Positions 28,618 to 39,461 of a stretch of 64,000 nucleotides of DNA are shown in pieces. Each line of letters opens with the position of its first letter. The first letter of the stretch is position 1. This DNA comes from Thermodesulfobacteriota bacterium (GTDB lineage: Bacteria; Desulfobacterota_D; UBA1144; Nemesobacterales; UBA2774): NCBI GenBank assembly GCA_963422265.1, contig OY729416.1:608001-672000 (forward strand). Reading direction: 5' to 3'. Below the pieces are notes generated by a model. The model had not been told where the DNA came from. It did not search any database and saw nothing but the letters and a program-made list of their open reading frames with translations. The position numbers and the translations under genes are program-made.

Positions 28618-30060
28618 ATGAATAAAAGAGTAACCCTTTATAATACCCTCTCCAAAAAGAAAGAAGAACTTGTGCCGTATGCGCAGAATAGTATAAGGAT
28701 GTACGTCTGCGGTCCCACTGTCTATGATTCGGCTCACCTCGGACACGCAAGGGCAGCGGTAACGTTTGACGTGATAGAGAGATTCCTTTCTCACATCGGT
28801 TATAAAGTGACTTACGTCAGAAATTTTACGGATGTTGATGATAAAATTATAAATAAATCTAAGGAAACAGGAGTAGCAGCTAACGAAATATCGGAAAAAT
28901 ATATAAAAGAGTATAAGGAAGATATGGCATCAATCGGCGTTAAGAGCCCTACCCTACAGCCCAAAGTTACCGAACACGTGCCTGAAATAATTGATATGAT
29001 AGAGAAGATAATAGATAATGGCTATGCCTATCAATCTGGCAATGACGTCTTTTTCTCGGTTAAAAAATTTGAGGGCTATGGAAAGCTGTCAAGAAGGGAT
29101 GCTGACGACATGTTGGCAGGTGCTAGAATAGACGTAAACGAAAAAAAGAAAGACCCGCTTGATTTTGCCCTATGGAAAGGGACGAAGACTACCGAAGAAC
29201 CATACTGGAAAAGCCCCTGGGGTGACGGCCGCCCCGGATGGCACATTGAGTGCTCTACAATGAGCACAAAGTATCTAGGACACAGCTTTGATATACACGG
29301 AGGTGGCAAAGATCTCATCTTCCCACATCACGAAAACGAAATCGCTCAGTCAGAAGCTGCAACGGGCGAGCCATTTGTTAAATATTGGATTCATAACGGA
29401 CTTATCCAGATAAACAGAGAAAAGATGTCAAAATCTATCGGCAACATATTAAACGTAAAAGAAGCGGCTTCTATATGGAGCAAGGAAGCGATAAGACTTT
29501 TTTTTCTTTCCCACCATTATCTCAACCCCGCTGATTTTTCAGATACGACGATGAATGAGTCAGAAACTGCTATTAAAAGGATTTACATAACCCTCAAACG
29601 AGCTAACGATCTTAAAAAAGTCAGTGTGGGCAAGGCGGATAAAAGTTTAGCAGCCTCTGTCGCAAACTTTAAAGAAAACTGGATAGAAACTATGTGCGAC
29701 GACTTTAATACTGCGGACGCAATTGGCAATCTATTTGAGTTATCCAGATCTATAAATCGCTCTATTGATTCCTTAGGCTGGACGCCCGAATTGAATGAAG
29801 CTCTCAACGAGATCAGCCAGTTCGGTGGCGTCCTAGGTATTTTTGAATATAACCCTAATGAATACTTGCAAGGGCTGAAGCTTGTGGGACGTTCTTCAGG
29901 AATTACGGAAGAAGAGATTCAGGAACTTATCAAAGAGAGGGTGCTTGCCCGTAAAGAAAAGAACTGGACACGCGCAGATAAAATTAGAGATGAGCTTAAT
30001 GAAAAAGGGATAGCGCTTGAAGATAAAGCCGAGGGCACCATCTGGCGAGTAAAGAGTTAA
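28618..30060 (+). CDS. cysS: Cysteinyl-tRNA synthetase
   Basis: CGPTVY..HLGH, GRPGWHIECS, KMSKS. Confidence 0.98.
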   Translation: MNKRVTLYNTLSKKKEELVPYAQNSIRMYVCGPTVYDSAHLGHARAAVTFDVIERFLSHIGYKVTYVRNFTDVDDKIINKSKETGVAANEISEKYIKEYKEDMASIGVKSPTLQPKVTEHVPEIIDMIEKIIDNGYAYQSGNDVFFSVKKFEGYGKLSRRDADDMLAGARIDVNEKKKDPLDFALWKGTKTTEEPYWKSPWGDGRPGWHIECSTMSTKYLGHSFDIHGGGKDLIFPHHENEIAQSEAATGEPFVKYWIHNGLIQINREKMSKSIGNILNVKEAASIWSKEAIRLFFLSHHYLNPADFSDTTMNESETAIKRIYITLKRANDLKKVSVGKADKSLAASVANFKENWIETMCDDFNTADAIGNLFELSRSINRSIDSLGWTPELNEALNEISQFGGVLGIFEYNPNEYLQGLKLVGRSSGITEEEIQELIKERVLARKEKNWTRADKIRDELNEKGIALEDKAEGTIWRVKS

Positions 30061-30077
30061 AGGAACGTGACATATTA

Positions 30078-31052
30078 TCACAACCAGATACCCATATACT
30101 CCAACGCGCGTTTTATGCTAGCCGGCGTTTGAGTTTCTCCGCGGCAGCTATACCAGCACGACGTGCACTCAGTTTTGTCATAAAGGTTGGGATGGTATTC
30201 TGAATAATGAGTGGTTACTGGCATCTCAGAGCAACGTTTGAGATGCCCGCTAGGAGTTACCTGTATGTGCGTGATACCTGCTGTGCAACCTGGCAAGCCA
30301 CCCGTCTTAAAGTATCTGGGTATCTCTCTTAAATAATACTCCGTTGAAAGAATTGTGCCTTTAAGCTCTTTTCTCAATCTCATAAGCTCGTCTATTACAC
30401 CTTGCACTCTCTCAATTTTCTCGCGTTGAACAAAGTGATCTTCGTTATTGGTTTTCATTACGGAATAAGCACTGAATGATATAGCAATACGCCATTCATG
30501 TGCTTTATGCACAAGCTCCGGAATATACTCCAGGTTGTCGTCCATAATAATCGTATTCATAATAATCTGTTTATGCCTGTATTTCTTTCCGAGTTCGGGG
30601 AGCATATTGGACAATTTATTCCAAAGCCCTGGCACCCCTCTGTAAACGTCGTGCCGCTCACTAGGAAAATCCACTGACACGGCTATCTGGTTTATCCCGG
30701 CGTCAAAAAGCTCATCGGCTTTTTGAACCGTCAGTAGATCGCCTTTCGTCACCATAGAAGTGAAAATAAAGTATGAACATTCTTTGATCTGTCGGACGAT
30801 GTCTGGGAGATCTTTTCTAAGCATAGGCTCGCCGCCCGTTATCACCGCAACGAGAGGATTGATCTTTCTTATAACAGGTCGGTAGTCATAGATACGCTCT
30901 TCATGACGCGTCTGCCAGTAATCACAAAAGTCACACTTGGCGTTACAAAGTTTTGTAACTTCCAAATTTATTAGCTTTGGTCTTCCAGCCAACCGGTTCT
31001 GAAAGTGCTTTATCGCGCCTTTTATGCCTTCTTGAGGTGTAAGCATCCGCAT
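30078..31052 (-). CDS. Radical SAM enzyme with a C-terminal Twitch/SPASM-like Cys cluster
   Basis: CNAKCDFC, TGGEP, CTAG..PSGHLKRC..CTSCWYSC; start set to ATG 31052. Confidence 0.9.
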   Translation of the reverse strand: MRMLTPQEGIKGAIKHFQNRLAGRPKLINLEVTKLCNAKCDFCDYWQTRHEERIYDYRPVIRKINPLVAVITGGEPMLRKDLPDIVRQIKECSYFIFTSMVTKGDLLTVQKADELFDAGINQIAVSVDFPSERHDVYRGVPGLWNKLSNMLPELGKKYRHKQIIMNTIIMDDNLEYIPELVHKAHEWRIAISFSAYSVMKTNNEDHFVQREKIERVQGVIDELMRLRKELKGTILSTEYYLREIPRYFKTGGLPGCTAGITHIQVTPSGHLKRCSEMPVTTHYSEYHPNLYDKTECTSCWYSCRGETQTPASIKRALEYMGIWL

Positions 31053-31174
31053 ATTTATACATGAAACCAAGAACCTTTTCAAGTAATCTGATAGAATGTA
31101 GGGTAGTATGATTTTATATCTACCCTCACAGCGTGTTGACTTAATCAATTAGATTTAGTTAAATAAACTACAAT

Positions 31175-31531
31175 ATGTCCAAAAGAGAGATATCGGTTGA
31201 ACTATTTCAATGCGATTACAAAGATGAGAATGGGCTACGCTGCGCCAATGATGGGAACAGGGAAGCCATTAGGATTTGCTGCGTATGCGGCAAGGACGTC
31301 TGTAAAATGCACTCTGATCTAAGCACGATAACAGTAAGGGGCTTAAAAGCCCCGCATTTTAACAATATGCCGGTGGTAGGTCAATATCGCTACGTGTATA
31401 GCTTCTGCGTAGATCACGTTGATGAATTGAAAAAGATTTTAACAGACAGATTTGGTGATAGCTATGAAGTTCCCTCAACTACGTTCGGGGGCGCCCCGAG
31501 CGCGACTGGCACCCCCAGTAGTCCATACTGA
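31175..31531 (+). CDS. Small Cys/His-rich protein, paralogue 1
   Basis: C-x9-C-x11-C-x2-C-x4-C-x2-H-x31-C-x2-H; aligns with the next two ORFs. Confidence 0.85.
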   Translation: MSKREISVELFQCDYKDENGLRCANDGNREAIRICCVCGKDVCKMHSDLSTITVRGLKAPHFNNMPVVGQYRYVYSFCVDHVDELKKILTDRFGDSYEVPSTTFGGAPSATGTPSSPY

Positions 31532-31598
31532 TTGAAGACATAGAACTATTAAACACAATACCAAGCCGCGTCGCTTAATCCAATTTTATAATACGGTT

Positions 31599-31895
31599 AT
31601 GTCTAAGAAACAGATACAATTAGAGTTGTTTCAGTGTGATTATGAAAATGAGAGTGGCGAGCGCTGCTTAAGGGGCGGAGATAGAGAAGCAATCAAGGTC
31701 TGTGGCGTGTGCGGAAAGGATATTTGCATAGCGCATTACGAGCTAACCACCGTCACGTTTCACGCTACAAGGGATCATTTCACTTACTACTTTTGTCCAA
31801 ATCACACTGATGAGTTTAGACGGATACTGATAGATAAATACGGCGATACCAGTCCTATCCCACAAACCGGCTACGGTGTTACGCTCAACTGCTAA
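31599..31895 (+). CDS. Small Cys/His-rich protein, paralogue 2
   Basis: Same motif with an x19 spacer; shared MSK.., CDY and GD. Confidence 0.85.
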   Translation: MSKKQIQLELFQCDYENESGERCLRGGDREAIKVCGVCGKDICIAHYELTTVTFHATRDHFTYYFCPNHTDEFRRILIDKYGDTSPIPQTGYGVTLNC

Positions 31896-31997
31896 TCGTA
31901 TCCTAATAAGCATTGACTTATTCCTTCAATTTTAGTTTAATTTATACGTGAGGCCCCCGTATCATGAAGTGAGAATCAGCGCGTTAGGAGGAAATCA

Positions 31998-32282
31998 ATG
32001 TCAAAAAAAACAATTACAGTTGAAATTTACGAGTGTGATTACGTCCACGACGACGGCACACGCTGCGAAAGCGAAGGAGAAAGGCAAGGTATAAAGTCGT
32101 GCGCTCTGTGCCAGAAAGACCTTTGTAGTCGGCACTATGAACAAATTGTTGTTTCCAGCCGTGGGGGACGCGACACTCTTAACTATCACTTCTGCGAAGA
32201 TCACACGCAGGAATTTATAGATACGTTGGTAAACACTTTCGGTGACACGCGTCCTGTTTCTTACGGCGGTATGGCTAAGTAG
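31998..32282 (+). CDS. Small Cys/His-rich protein, paralogue 3
   Basis: Same motif with an x19 spacer; AGGAGG RBS. Confidence 0.88.
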   Translation: MSKKTITVEIYECDYVHDDGTRCESEGERQGIKSCALCQKDLCSRHYEQIVVSSRGGRDTLNYHFCEDHTQEFIDTLVNTFGDTRPVSYGGMAK

Positions 32283-32293
32283 TTTCAGCAGGC

Positions 32294-33850
32294 ATGAAAA
32301 TAGCGACGCGGGAAATCATTAGAGAAATAGATAGACTTGCAATCGAAAAATACGGTATCCCCAGCATTGTTCTAATGGAAAACGCTGGGCGCGCTGCTGC
32401 CGACGTTTTGGTTAAAGAATTCCCCTACGCCAATAGAGCCGCGGTATTTGCAGGTAGTGGGAATAACGGAGGGGACGGCTTTGTCATTGCGCGCCACCTA
32501 ATCGGCCAGGGACTTAAAATTACTACTTACATCGCCTCCGATATACGTAAGTATAAAGGGGATGCCCTTATAAACTTAAACGCTTTAATTAAAATGGGAG
32601 CAAAAATAGTCGAGCTAAACGATAATGGCTTAAGAAAATATAGACGCGCAGACGTAATTGTGGATGCGCTTTTAGGAACGGGGATTGATAGGAAAATTAC
32701 AGGGTTTTACCAGAGAATCATTGAATTCATAAATGCACGGGAAGAACCATGTCTTGCAGTAGATATACCCTCCGGATTGGATTCTAATACAGGATTCCCT
32801 CTAGGTTCAACCATAGTTGCAGACTTGACTGTAACGTTCGTCCTTCCTAAACTCGGCACGTCAATCTACCCCGGGGCCGAATTCGCAGGGGATATATACG
32901 TAGCGGACATTACGACTCCAAAATTGCTTGAGGCCAATATAAAGTATGAACTTCTTACAAACAAAGAAGTGCGCGACCTTCTAATACCCAGGCGTCCGGA
33001 TAGTCACAAAGGCACCTATGGTCACCTGCTTATCCTGGCGGGGTCAACAGGAAAATCAGGCGCCGCCACACTAGCCGCAATGGGAGCCTATAGGGTTGGC
33101 TCGGGACTAGTTACGGTTGGAGTCCCTGAGAGCCTCAACGCAATTATGGAAGAAAAAACAACAGAGGCTATGACCGAACCAATTCCTGAGACCAAACAAC
33201 ATACGTTTGGGTCGGTATCGCTCCTAAGAGTGCTTGAGATTCTTTCTGACGGGAAAACTGCTCTTACCATAGGTCCCGGCATATCTACAACCGACGACGC
33301 GCTTGAGTTTTTATACGAAATAATAAGGCAGTGCGAAGTTCCTATTTTGATAGATGCGGATGGTATAACCCTAGTAGCGAAAGAACCGAAAATATTGAGA
33401 GAAGCCAAAGCTCCCGTAGTCTTAACCCCTCATCCAGGAGAGATGTCTCGCCTGATGGGTATCAGTACGGAAGAAGTGCAAAAGGATAGAATTGGGTTAT
33501 CAATTGACTTTTCTAAACGCTTTAACTCATACCTAATACTCAAGGGAGCTAGATCGTTGATTTCAACGCCTGAGGGGAATATATACGTGAATACTACAGG
33601 AAACGCCGGCATGGCATCAGGAGGCATGGGGGACGTGCTATCGGGCGCAGTAGGGGGATTTCTGGCTCAGGGGCTAGATCCTTCGAACGCCTGCAGACTC
33701 GGAGTATTTGCTCACGGGTTAGCTGGAGATATAGTTGCAAACCAATTAGGAAAAGTGGGTATTATAGCTAGAGACGTGGCAGATACTCTTCCCAAGTCGC
33801 TAAATGAAATCCCTTCAATGGATAAGTATCCCGTCACCCGAATCCGTTGA
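32294..33850 (+). CDS. nnr: Bifunctional NAD(P)H-hydrate epimerase/dehydratase
   Basis: LMENAG, GNNGGDG, DIPSG, HKGTYG, LTPHPGE, GGMGDVL. Confidence 0.96.
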   Translation: MKIATREIIREIDRLAIEKYGIPSIVLMENAGRAAADVLVKEFPYANRAAVFAGSGNNGGDGFVIARHLIGQGLKITTYIASDIRKYKGDALINLNALIKMGAKIVELNDNGLRKYRRADVIVDALLGTGIDRKITGFYQRIIEFINAREEPCLAVDIPSGLDSNTGFPLGSTIVADLTVTFVLPKLGTSIYPGAEFAGDIYVADITTPKLLEANIKYELLTNKEVRDLLIPRRPDSHKGTYGHLLILAGSTGKSGAATLAAMGAYRVGSGLVTVGVPESLNAIMEEKTTEAMTEPIPETKQHTFGSVSLLRVLEILSDGKTALTIGPGISTTDDALEFLYEIIRQCEVPILIDADGITLVAKEPKILREAKAPVVLTPHPGEMSRLMGISTEEVQKDRIGLSIDFSKRFNSYLILKGARSLISTPEGNIYVNTTGNAGMASGGMGDVLSGAVGGFLAQGLDPSNACRLGVFAHGLAGDIVANQLGKVGIIARDVADTLPKSLNEIPSMDKYPVTRIR

Positions 33851-33881
33851 CCGAACCCTCATTTCATTTACTAGGAATAAA

Positions 33882-34382
33882 ATGTCAGAAAGACAAGTTG
33901 TAAAAATACAATCAAGAAATACTAAGGAGACGCTCAGGCTTGGCGAGATTATTGGAAAATCCTTAAATCCCGGTAGTATTGTAGGTATTAACGGGAATCT
34001 TGGAGCTGGCAAAACGGTACTCGTTAAAGGTATGGCAAAGGGACTCGGGGTTGAAGAAGAAATCAATAGTCCGACTTTTGTTATCGTTAATTGTTACGAA
34101 GGACGCGTGCCGTTCTACCACTTTGACCTCTATAGGATTTCAAGTAAAGATGAACTACTGGATATAGGTTACGAAGAGCTTTTCTTCGGAGAAGGAATAG
34201 CAGCGGTGGAATGGGCGGATAGGGTTAAAGGAGTATTCCCGGAAGACGCAATTAGCATCGAGATAGAAACCCCTGAATCTGACCAGGAATCTATGGAAAC
34301 AACGAGAAAGATAAACTTTGAAGGAAGTAAAGAGTGGGTCTTATTGTTCAAAAGTATGGCGGAACAAGCGTCTCTAGCATAG
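33882..34382 (+). CDS. tsaE: tRNA t6A biosynthesis ATPase TsaE
   Basis: [22 protein letters not shown]. Confidence 0.96.
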   Translation: MSERQVVKIQSRNTKETLRLGEIIGKSLNPGSIVGINGNLGAGKTVLVKGMAKGLGVEEEINSPTFVIVNCYEGRVPFYHFDLYRISSKDELLDIGYEELFFGEGIAAVEWADRVKGVFPEDAISIEIETPESDQESMETTRKINFEGSKEWVLLFKSMAEQASLA

Positions 34383-35569
34383 AAAAGATTAAGTGGGTAG
34401 CACAGCACGTCATAAAAACCAAAGAATCTGGTAGTGACGTTCTGGTGGTAGTCTCCGCAATGGCGGGAGAAACGGATAGGCTCTTAAATCTTTGTCTTCA
34501 GGTCATGGACCCACCGGACGAGAGAGAGCTTGACGTTATTACCTCAAGCGGTGAGCAGGTATCTTCGGGGCTGCTAGCGTTGACAATAAAATCGCTAGGA
34601 CGTCAAGCAAAGTCTTATCAAGGGCACCAAGTGCGCATTACAACCGACAGTGCTCACTCTAAAGCGAAAATAATCAGTATCAAAGCCGATAAGGTTATAG
34701 AAGCACTGGATAAAAGCAACATAGTGGTAGTCGCGGGATTTCAGGGTGTAGATAAAAACGGAAACGTAACCACTCTCGGAAGGGGAGGATCAGATCTTAC
34801 TGCAGTAGCCCTAGCGGTGGCTCTCAAAGCCGACTTCTGCGAACTTTATAAAGATGACGTTGATGGTATATATACGACGGACCCGGGGATAGTGCAGAAC
34901 GCTAGAAAACTCGAAAAAATCTCCTATGAAGAAATGCTCGAGATGGCTAGCCTCGGATCAAAGGTGCTTCAGGCAAGAGCCGTTGAGTTCGCAAAGAAAT
35001 TCGAGGTAAAGCTCCATATACGTCCTACGTCAAGACCGGATTCCGAGGGAACTTGGGTCGTTCAGGAGGAAAAAGAAATGTCTCATCTGGAAGATATAGT
35101 TATATCTGGAATATCCCATGACAAGAATCAGGCGAAAATTACTATCACCCAGGTGCCTGATAGTCCAGGAGTCGCAGCCAAAATCTTTACCCCACTCGGG
35201 GATGAAGGCATAATCGTTGACATGATTGTGCAGAACGTAAGTCGGGAGGGACACGCCGATCTTACCTTTACAGTGCCAAGGACGGACTTCAAGAAATCAA
35301 TTATAATTACAGAGGGAGTAGCGAATAAACTTGGGGCTAAGAACATACTGTCGGATGATAATATAGCTAAGGTATCATTGGTCGGCGTTGGAATGAAGTC
35401 TCACTCTGGAGTAGCTACTACTATGTTTGAAACACTCGCTAAAGAGAGAATAAACATTATAATGATAAGCACCTCTGAGATAAAAATCTCCTGCGTTATT
35501 GAAGAAAAGCACACCGAGGCTGCAGTAAGAGCTTTAAACGCCGCCTTTAATCTAGGAAAAGACGCATGA
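34334..35569 (+). CDS. lysC: Aspartate kinase
   Basis: [18 protein letters not shown], two ACT domains. Confidence 0.97.
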   Translation: MGLIVQKYGGTSVSSIEKIKWVAQHVIKTKESGSDVLVVVSAMAGETDRLLNLCLQVMDPPDERELDVITSSGEQVSSGLLALTIKSLGRQAKSYQGHQVRITTDSAHSKAKIISIKADKVIEALDKSNIVVVAGFQGVDKNGNVTTLGRGGSDLTAVALAVALKADFCELYKDDVDGIYTTDPGIVQNARKLEKISYEEMLEMASLGSKVLQARAVEFAKKFEVKLHIRPTSRPDSEGTWVVQEEKEMSHLEDIVISGISHDKNQAKITITQVPDSPGVAAKIFTPLGDEGIIVDMIVQNVSREGHADLTFTVPRTDFKKSIIITEGVANKLGAKNILSDDNIAKVSLVGVGMKSHSGVATTMFETLAKERINIIMISTSEIKISCVIEEKHTEAAVRALNAAFNLGKDA

Positions 35570-37170
35570 GGAAGAATTTAGTCAAGATATACGATGTTAC
35601 TCTACGAGATGGCACTCAGGGGGAGAATATATCCTTTTCCATTCATGACAAGGTCCGCATCGCCCAGAAGCTGGATGATCTTGGTGTTCATTACATTGAA
35701 GGTGGGTGGCCCGGTTCAAACGAAAGGGATAAAGGATTTTTTGAAGAAGCGAGAAATATCCGGCTTAGAAAAGCAAAAATAGCCGCATTTGGAAGCACTA
35801 GGCGATCAAAGACGACCTGCGAAAAAGATGGGAGCGTTCAGGCTCTGCTTAAAGCAGAAACGCCAGTCGCAACAATAGTAGGAAAGAGTTGGGACTTTCA
35901 CGTTACCGAAGCCCTTAGAATTTCACTCCAAGAAAACCTCGAAATCATAAGCGACACGACGGCCTATCTGAAGAAAAGGATAGATGAAGTGTTCTTTGAC
36001 GCCGAGCATTTCTTTGATGGATTTAAGAATAACCCAGAGCACGCGATAGAAGCAATACAAGCAGCCTACAACGCAGGGGCAGATGTGCTTGTGCTCTGTG
36101 ATACGAATGGTGGCACAATGCCTTGGGAAATCGAGTCTATAGTAGGGCAGGTAAACCTTAAACTCAATGACCCTGACCTTGGCATACATACCCATAATGA
36201 CGGAGAAGTAGGGGTCGCTAACGCTTTATATGCAGTTAGAGGGGGAGCTAGACAAGTGCAAGGAACGATAAACGGATATGGTGAAAGATGTGGCAATGCT
36301 AACCTTTGTTCAATCATACCAGACCTAAGATTAAAGCTGGGCATGGACTGTCTAGAAGACAAAGAGCTTAAAAAACTATATGACACTTCTCACTTCATCC
36401 ACGAACTTACTAACTTGCCCCCAATAAAACATCGTCCTTTTGTAGGAGAAAGCGCCTTTGCCCATAAAGGAGGGCTTCACGTAAGCGCCGTTATGAAAAA
36501 CTCTGAAACCTACGAGCACGTAAACCCCGAAGTAGTAGGAAACAGAAGGCGCGTGTTGGTGTCTGATCTTTCGGGGAGAAGCAACGTGCTTTATAAAGCG
36601 AAAGAGCTTGGTATCGACCTTCACTCAGGAGATAAAAGAGTGAGCTTTATCTTAAACGATCTCAAAAAACTTGAAAATGAAGGATACGAATTTGAAGGGG
36701 CTGACGCGTCCTTTGAGCTACTTATAAGAAAAGCGCTGGGCTCATATAGAAAACCCTTCCACTTGGAACGCGCGAGTACCATTACGGACAAACTCGCTGA
36801 TGATGAAGAGCCTAGCACAAAAGCGACTATTGTAGTCCAAGTTGATGGGGTGACCGAGCGTATGACCGCCATAGGAAATGGACCCGTGAACGCTATGGAC
36901 CAAGCGCTCAGAAAAGCCCTTGAAAAATTCTATCCTAACCTTAAAAAGGTGAGACTTAAAGATTACAGGGTTAGGGTTTTATCTACCAAACGTGGTTCAG
37001 ACGCCGTAGTGAGGGTTCTTATAGAATCAGGTGATGGAGATAGCGACTGGAGCACAGTAGGGGTTTCGGAAAACATAGTAGAAGCAAGCCGAAAGGCTCT
37101 TGTTGACAGCATTGACTATAAAATACTGAAAGATGAAGCTGAAAAAGTGAAAGAAGCTATGGGTCGATAA
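35566..37170 (+). CDS. cimA: Citramalate synthase
   Basis: [41 protein letters not shown]. Confidence 0.93.
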   Translation: MRKNLVKIYDVTLRDGTQGENISFSIHDKVRIAQKLDDLGVHYIEGGWPGSNERDKGFFEEARNIRLRKAKIAAFGSTRRSKTTCEKDGSVQALLKAETPVATIVGKSWDFHVTEALRISLQENLEIISDTTAYLKKRIDEVFFDAEHFFDGFKNNPEHAIEAIQAAYNAGADVLVLCDTNGGTMPWEIESIVGQVNLKLNDPDLGIHTHNDGEVGVANALYAVRGGARQVQGTINGYGERCGNANLCSIIPDLRLKLGMDCLEDKELKKLYDTSHFIHELTNLPPIKHRPFVGESAFAHKGGLHVSAVMKNSETYEHVNPEVVGNRRRVLVSDLSGRSNVLYKAKELGIDLHSGDKRVSFILNDLKKLENEGYEFEGADASFELLIRKALGSYRKPFHLERASTITDKLADDEEPSTKATIVVQVDGVTERMTAIGNGPVNAMDQALRKALEKFYPNLKKVRLKDYRVRVLSTKRGSDAVVRVLIESGDGDSDWSTVGVSENIVEASRKALVDSIDYKILKDEAEKVKEAMGR

Positions 37171-37224
37171 TAACCTTGGCTTTCTCGAAAACGGTTCCAG
37201 AAGCTATAGATGAACTTTCATGCT

Positions 37225-37734
37225 TTAGATTAAAACTAGTATCCCTAATACCGTTAAATATACTATGAACCCTATCATGCAAACGCCTATGGCTCGCCAG
37301 GTACTCTCGTAATCGAGCGCCTGCCTAGTTGCAATGACCATTGCAATTAGCATCCAGACATTCACAACTACCGATATTGCAACACCCAAAAAGGGGAGAA
37401 ACGCTAATACGCCAAGTATGCCAGGTGAGCTTGAAAAACCTATCGTGCGGAGTAGCTCACCCACGTCTGACCTAGTTTGCGGCTCGGGAAGAAGCTTAGT
37501 CCCAATCAAATACGTTAGAAAAGCCCATATAAACCATCCAAGTAGACCGCCAACCGTGCCGAAAACGATTCCCGAGACGCCTATAGTTCCAATAGCACCT
37601 ATACCAGACGCCACGCTTGATAGGACAACTACCGTCATCGCTTGCTTCATTGCTCCTTTGTCAGCTTCGACTTCCTCGTATAAATCGACGTCAAGCTTAG
37701 AAGCTCTTATCATGCGATCTAACAAACTGGCCAT
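37225..37734 (-). CDS. YIP1-like membrane protein
   Basis: YEEVEAD..AMKQA, LLRTIGF..SPG, RQALDY; 4-5 transmembrane segments. Confidence 0.75.
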   Translation of the reverse strand: MASLLDRMIRASKLDVDLYEEVEADKGAMKQAMTVVVLSSVASGIGAIGTIGVSGIVFGTVGGLLGWFIWAFLTYLIGTKLLPEPQTRSDVGELLRTIGFSSSPGILGVLAFLPFLGVAISVVVNVWMLIAMVIATRQALDYESTWRAIGVCMIGFIVYLTVLGILVLI

Positions 37735-37772
37735 TTATATTATATACACATCCCTTAATCGAATAATAGAGA

Positions 37773-39401
37773 CTAAAGCGATCTCCTAATACCAGACACA
37801 AGCATATCATCTAAAAGCTTTAATAACAATAGCAAGTTTTTCTTTGAACACTCATCCATCAATGATATCTGAATCCAGTTCCTTTTTTGTAGATAAACGC
37901 TTCTCCAACTCAAGAAAAATCCCTCTCGTTCAAGACGCTCACCTAATTCTCTGGAGCTTATCTGAGGAGGAAGCACGATAGTTGTTAGTGAAGGAGAAAA
38001 ATTCTCTTCGGAAGCAATAATTAAGAACCCTAAATGACGAAGCTTCCCTCTTAGCCATAATGAAAGCTCCCTCAACGTGCCGAATCTTCTCTCAAAATCG
38101 GTATTTTCTATTGATTCCTTAAGTGCGTAAATAAGATTAGACGACAAGGTGTATGGAACTCCCTCCGACTTTGCGTAACCCCCTATATCCAAGTATCTAG
38201 GAATAAAGCAGGGGGCTGGAGAGATCTCATGATTATAGAAAACAAAAGAAAGCCCCGCATAAGAAGCGAGGCCTTTTCCACTTACCCCTGAGGCAAGATA
38301 TACATCGGATAAGTCAAGAGGCGTAGTGCCTAAAGAACTCACACAATCTAAGCACAGTAGAACATCCCTAGCGGTACAGATTTTTTTTAGAATTTCCAAA
38401 TCATTGAGAATGCCACTAGAGGTCTCCGCATGGACTACCCAGAGCCAGTTGATTTTTCTATCGGACTGAAGAGCTTTCTCTATTGCCCCTGGAGTAAATG
38501 AATTACCCCATTTAAGCTTTATTGAATTAAAAGATAAACCTGTTCTTACCGCATGATCACATAACCTCTCTCCAAATTCTCCATTAGAAATAATTAGTCC
38601 TTTGCCTCTTATAAGTGAGAGTTGATAAGCCACGGCGTCGTTCGCTAAAGTGCCTGATCCCATCAATATCTCAACGTGTTTGGAGTTTACGAGACTTGAT
38701 AGGATGGCTTTTACAGATTTAAGATCTTTTATAAACACCGGAGATCTGTGGGATACGGGGGAACTGACGAAGGCACTTTTTACTGAAGGCTTTACACTCA
38801 CGGGACCTGGTAATAGATTAAGGGGGATTCTGTCTAGTGGTTTAGGTTCTCTCATCCGCGATAGAAGCTTATTGCCTTCCTTAAATTTAAGATAAGATTC
38901 ACAGGTCATATACATCGGTTGATACGCCGCATTTTCTTTTCCAACGAGGGAACCGAAGGGAATAAACCCCAGCTTCTGATAAAGCTCTGACTGACTCGGC
39001 GTCGCGGAAATAAGGGCAAGGTCATAGTTCATTTCTTCGCAGTACTCCGCCAACAAAATAAAAAGCCCTTGTATGACTTTTCTGTGGCGGCGCCCTGTTT
39101 TTACGGATAACAACCTTATCTCACATAGAGAACTTGATTCTGGCAGATATGAATCCAGATTCTCAAGCTTATGATCAAGGGAAAAAGGACGCTTGTCTCT
39201 CACCGCTATCATTCCAACAAGCTCACCACTATCTAAACATATAATATATACGTTTTCATTATGAAACTTATCCTCAAGCACACGCACAGGGTTAGCGTCG
39301 TGCTGCGGTATCTCCTCCACAAACGTCTCGTAGTTGAGTTTGGCAATCTGCTCAAACTCAACTATATCGGAAGCAATCTTAAACTCTAAACCCCTTGCCA
39401 T
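37773..39401 (-). CDS. GNAT-like acyltransferase fused to a class-V PLP-dependent enzyme
   Basis: N-terminal NYETFVEEIPQH, EIRLLSV, YQKLGF; C-terminal LLPGPV, HAETSSG, DCVSS, SGKGL. Confidence 0.85.
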   Translation of the reverse strand: MARGLEFKIASDIVEFEQIAKLNYETFVEEIPQHDANPVRVLEDKFHNENVYIICLDSGELVGMIAVRDKRPFSLDHKLENLDSYLPESSSLCEIRLLSVKTGRRHRKVIQGLFILLAEYCEEMNYDLALISATPSQSELYQKLGFIPFGSLVGKENAAYQPMYMTCESYLKFKEGNKLLSRMREPKPLDRIPLNLLPGPVSVKPSVKSAFVSSPVSHRSPVFIKDLKSVKAILSSLVNSKHVEILMGSGTLANDAVAYQLSLIRGKGLIISNGEFGERLCDHAVRTGLSFNSIKLKWGNSFTPGAIEKALQSDRKINWLWVVHAETSSGILNDLEILKKICTARDVLLCLDCVSSLGTTPLDLSDVYLASGVSGKGLASYAGLSFVFYNHEISPAPCFIPRYLDIGGYAKSEGVPYTLSSNLIYALKESIENTDFERRFGTLRELSLWLRGKLRHLGFLIIASEENFSPSLTTIVLPPQISSRELGERLEREGFFLSWRSVYLQKRNWIQISLMDECSKKNLLLLLKLLDDMLVSGIRRSL

Positions 39402-39461
39402 ACTATTATCTCTCGCGCATATCAACAAACAAGCTAAGGATGCCTTAATGAAAGTTACAAA

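Noticed and set aside
31175-32282. Classical RiPP precursor peptides
   Set aside because: Fixed CxxC/CxxH spacing and 94-118 aa length fit folded metal-binding domains; no RiPP-type peptidase, transporter or RRE nearby. Kept only as a minor possibility
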